Shown here piece by piece: positions 61,421 to 64,000 of a stretch of 64,000 nt of DNA (the first letter of the stretch is position 1; every line of letters begins with the position of its first letter). The stretch spans positions 124,744,001 to 124,808,000 of the forward strand of contig NC_043001.1 in assembly GCF_006345805.1 (NCBI RefSeq), read 5' to 3'. Both the position numbers and the translations under genes were made by a program. Source of the stretch: Octopus sinensis. Taxonomy: Eukaryota. The notes beneath the pieces are model-generated. The model made no database searches. It saw nothing but the letters and a program-made list of their open reading frames with translations, and was not told the origin of the DNA.

Positions 61421-62585
61421 CATAGGCTCTGAATTTGGGTTCAGTAAAAGTGTCTCACATTTAAACAGTTGCAAGCACGAGTGTACCTACTCTCCCTCGA
61501 GCAGAGATTGATACTAAAATGACTATTATTTCATGTCAGTTGCGTTTCAATATATGTTTTTCTTTAAACAATTCTAGCATCTTTTCTTCTTTTTTTTTTT
61601 GCCAACCTATGTTTAAATCATATCCAATTCGGGAGTTCAGTTTTGGAGTACCTTGTGTCCACCCTGGTAGTATCTGTTAAATGTCCCAGTTATGAATCAC
61701 ATAGCAGAAAATAGCTCGGTAGCAGAATCATTTGTACTACGACTCAGAGAAGAGCTGGCCTCGAGACATGTGCTACACAGACTTACAGGTGTGAAATATG
61801 CCCTGATGTCATGTGAGCCAGTCTTTAACCCTGTCTAACGGTGTCATTGACCCTGTGCCTCTATGAAAAGGCTGGACGAGCAGGAAGTGAACAGAATTAA
61901 CTGTAAATATCTTGTAGAAGGCAGCAGAAAACCACTGCTGTATCTTTCCCGAGAAAAATCATGGATCTTCAGACACTGGCTTAGAGATCATTGGTCACAG
62001 ATAACTGGCGTAATTAGATAAACAAAAAGATATATGTAGTGCTACACATTTACTTAATCAATCTATCATTACTACTAGGGAGTCTACAATTCGTTGGTGA
62101 GGTCACACTAATACCAGAACATGTCCGGAGTTGTGTCCTATACTCAGTTTCAAAATAAAAGTAATATCAGTCAATGAATAATTTTTTCCTCAAGATATAT
62201 TTTCTGTTTCAATTTTTAATGTTTCATGCATTAAATATGTTAACACTAACTTAATGAAACTTGGAATATTTGTTCTTAAATTGATTTGAAACATCGCCCG
62301 AATTAATGCCGGCCTTAAGATAAACTCTACTCCTTCCTTCAACTATGCCCCATACTCCCGAAAAGCGCCATTTGGTAGTCTTTCTTCCTTTGACAAAGAC
62401 AGACGTGAGAGACCTGCAGCCTTCTACTTGTGGAGTATATATTTATTGATTTAATTGTATTTTATGCCAGTCTTTTTAACTAGTTGTGAATTTTGGAAAT
62501 GCCTGTTTGTTTTATATTATCTACACTTGTAATTACTAAAGGTAATTACTACTATAAGAAAGTTTAAAAATTTCGAAAAAAAGTA

Positions 62586-63496
62586 CGTGGTAGGCTGAAA
62601 AGTTCATCGGCTGACTATGAAAGAGTGATTCTAGAATTAATTTCAACTCCTTTTATAAATAACTGCAGAGTTTTTTTTTTCCAGATGAACTGACATCTCA
62701 CTATTCAAAGGCGACTTCTCTTGAAAATTGACATAATTTGGCATCTTGCTGTTATCAAGTACCTGCAGGAAAAGGGTTTAGCCTCCAACGACATTCATGC
62801 TGATATGGTTTCTAAATTAAGGAATGGCACTCTAGCTTTATCAACAGTGCAAAAGTGGGCAGCTGAATTTAGGAGGGGAAGGGGGAGTGTGGAAGATGAT
62901 CCAAAGAGTGGACGTCCTGCAACTGCCCCCACTGAGGAAAACATGGTCATGTTCATCATAAGGTGATGGATGACAGACGATTGACTAATTAAATAGTCGA
63001 TGCTATTAGCATATCCTGTGAGAGAGTTGAGAATATTCTGCACAATGAACTTTGCATGACGAAGGGTTCTGCTGAATGGGTGCCACGTCTTCTGACACTT
63101 GTTCAAACACTGACGCAATGGGCCTTGTCTCATCAAGTCAATGCTCCAGCACACAAGCCCTTGCTTTCAATCGCTGCTGTGCATGAATGTGGCTTGGAAC
63201 TGGTTTATCACCTCCCTATTCTTCTGATTTGGCCTCATTTGACTATCATCTGTTCCCCCAAAATAAAAAAAACCCACTTGGCTGGGAAGCAGCATTGCAG
63301 TGATGACGTCATATCTGTTGTTGACCTCTTTTATAACAAACAAGATGAAAGCTTCTTCATCAATGAGATCCAAGTGCTGCAACACCGGTGGAAAAAGAGT
63401 AAGGACCGCAAAGGGGATTGTTTGAAAAATAAACCTCATTTGATCTCATTCCATTAGAGTATCTTAGCAGTCAATGAACCTTTCAGCCGACTTTCG
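62586..63496 (+). mobile_element. Mariner element, internally deleted (911 bp)
   Basis: TA|CGTGGTAGGCTGAAAAGTTCAT ... ATGAACCTTTCAGCCGACTTTCG|TA. Transposase pieces LSTVQKWAAEFRRG...EDDPKSGRP, WVPRLL, HQVNAPAH and a frameshifted YSPDLAP-like block. Confidence 0.88.
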
Positions 63497-63734
63497 TAGA
63501 ATCTAGATCTCCCTAATATCACACACGATTATCTTAAACAGGGATAATGTGGTCCTGGATACAATGGATAAGAAAACAGTGATCATGACTGCTACGCCTT
63601 TGATCGTCAGGGCTGACATGAGGTTAAACAACAGTTAATATTAATTTTACCAAGTTAATGAAATAATGAGAAAGTCGACCACAAAACAGCGTAGGAATGG
63701 AACATCCAATTTGAGTCTATGTTGGTTTCAAATT

Positions 63735-63912
63735 TTGTTACAAAGCCAGCAATATCGGGGAGAGGTAAATAGATTATATTGACACCCAGTGCTCAACTAG
63801 CATTTATTTTTTCGACCTCGAAAGAATGAAAGGCAACGTCAACCTCGACGGAATTTGAACGCGTAAAGACGGGCAAAACGCCACTACGCATTTTGCCCAA
63901 CATGCCAGCTAA
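63735..63912 (-). mobile_element. SINE family B, older copy
   Basis: Reverse-complement core GAAAGAATGAAAGGC and head remnants. Confidence 0.7.
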
Positions 63913-64000
63913 CTGCCTTAATTTGAGTCTATATTCACGTGGATATCTTCACTCTCTAAAATGTGCTGTAAATACACGTGTGTGAAGAGATTTCACAACT

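Overview
AT-rich, microsatellite-dense eukaryotic DNA. The SINE families and repeat make-up suggest a coleoid cephalopod, probably Octopus (inference, no database search run). One protein-coding gene is well supported: a RASSF9/10-like N-terminal RA-domain gene on the minus strand. It has a single coding exon (36095-38566) behind a splice acceptor, and a candidate non-coding first exon about 20 kb upstream (ending 58606). The rest is a layered transposon landscape: three tRNA-derived SINE families, seven pieces of R4/Dong-type restriction-like-endonuclease (RLE) LINEs in or beside (TAA)n/(CAA)n repeats, a 3'-deleted HERO-like LINE, RTE fragments (one 5'-inverted), Penelope-like pieces, two non-autonomous Helitrons, Tc1, mariner, MULE, hAT and MITE remnants, and a 100-N gap. 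The most interesting signals are a type I hammerhead ribozyme fold at 9313-9388 and a second structured motif in the same repeat family (9512-9580 and 57850-57920) with a compensatory base change and hammerhead core motifs in a non-canonical order. Also notable are the microsatellite-targeted RLE LINEs, SINEs that appear to move as partial tandem dimers, and long fold-backs. Most ORFs in the supplied track are microsatellite artefacts.
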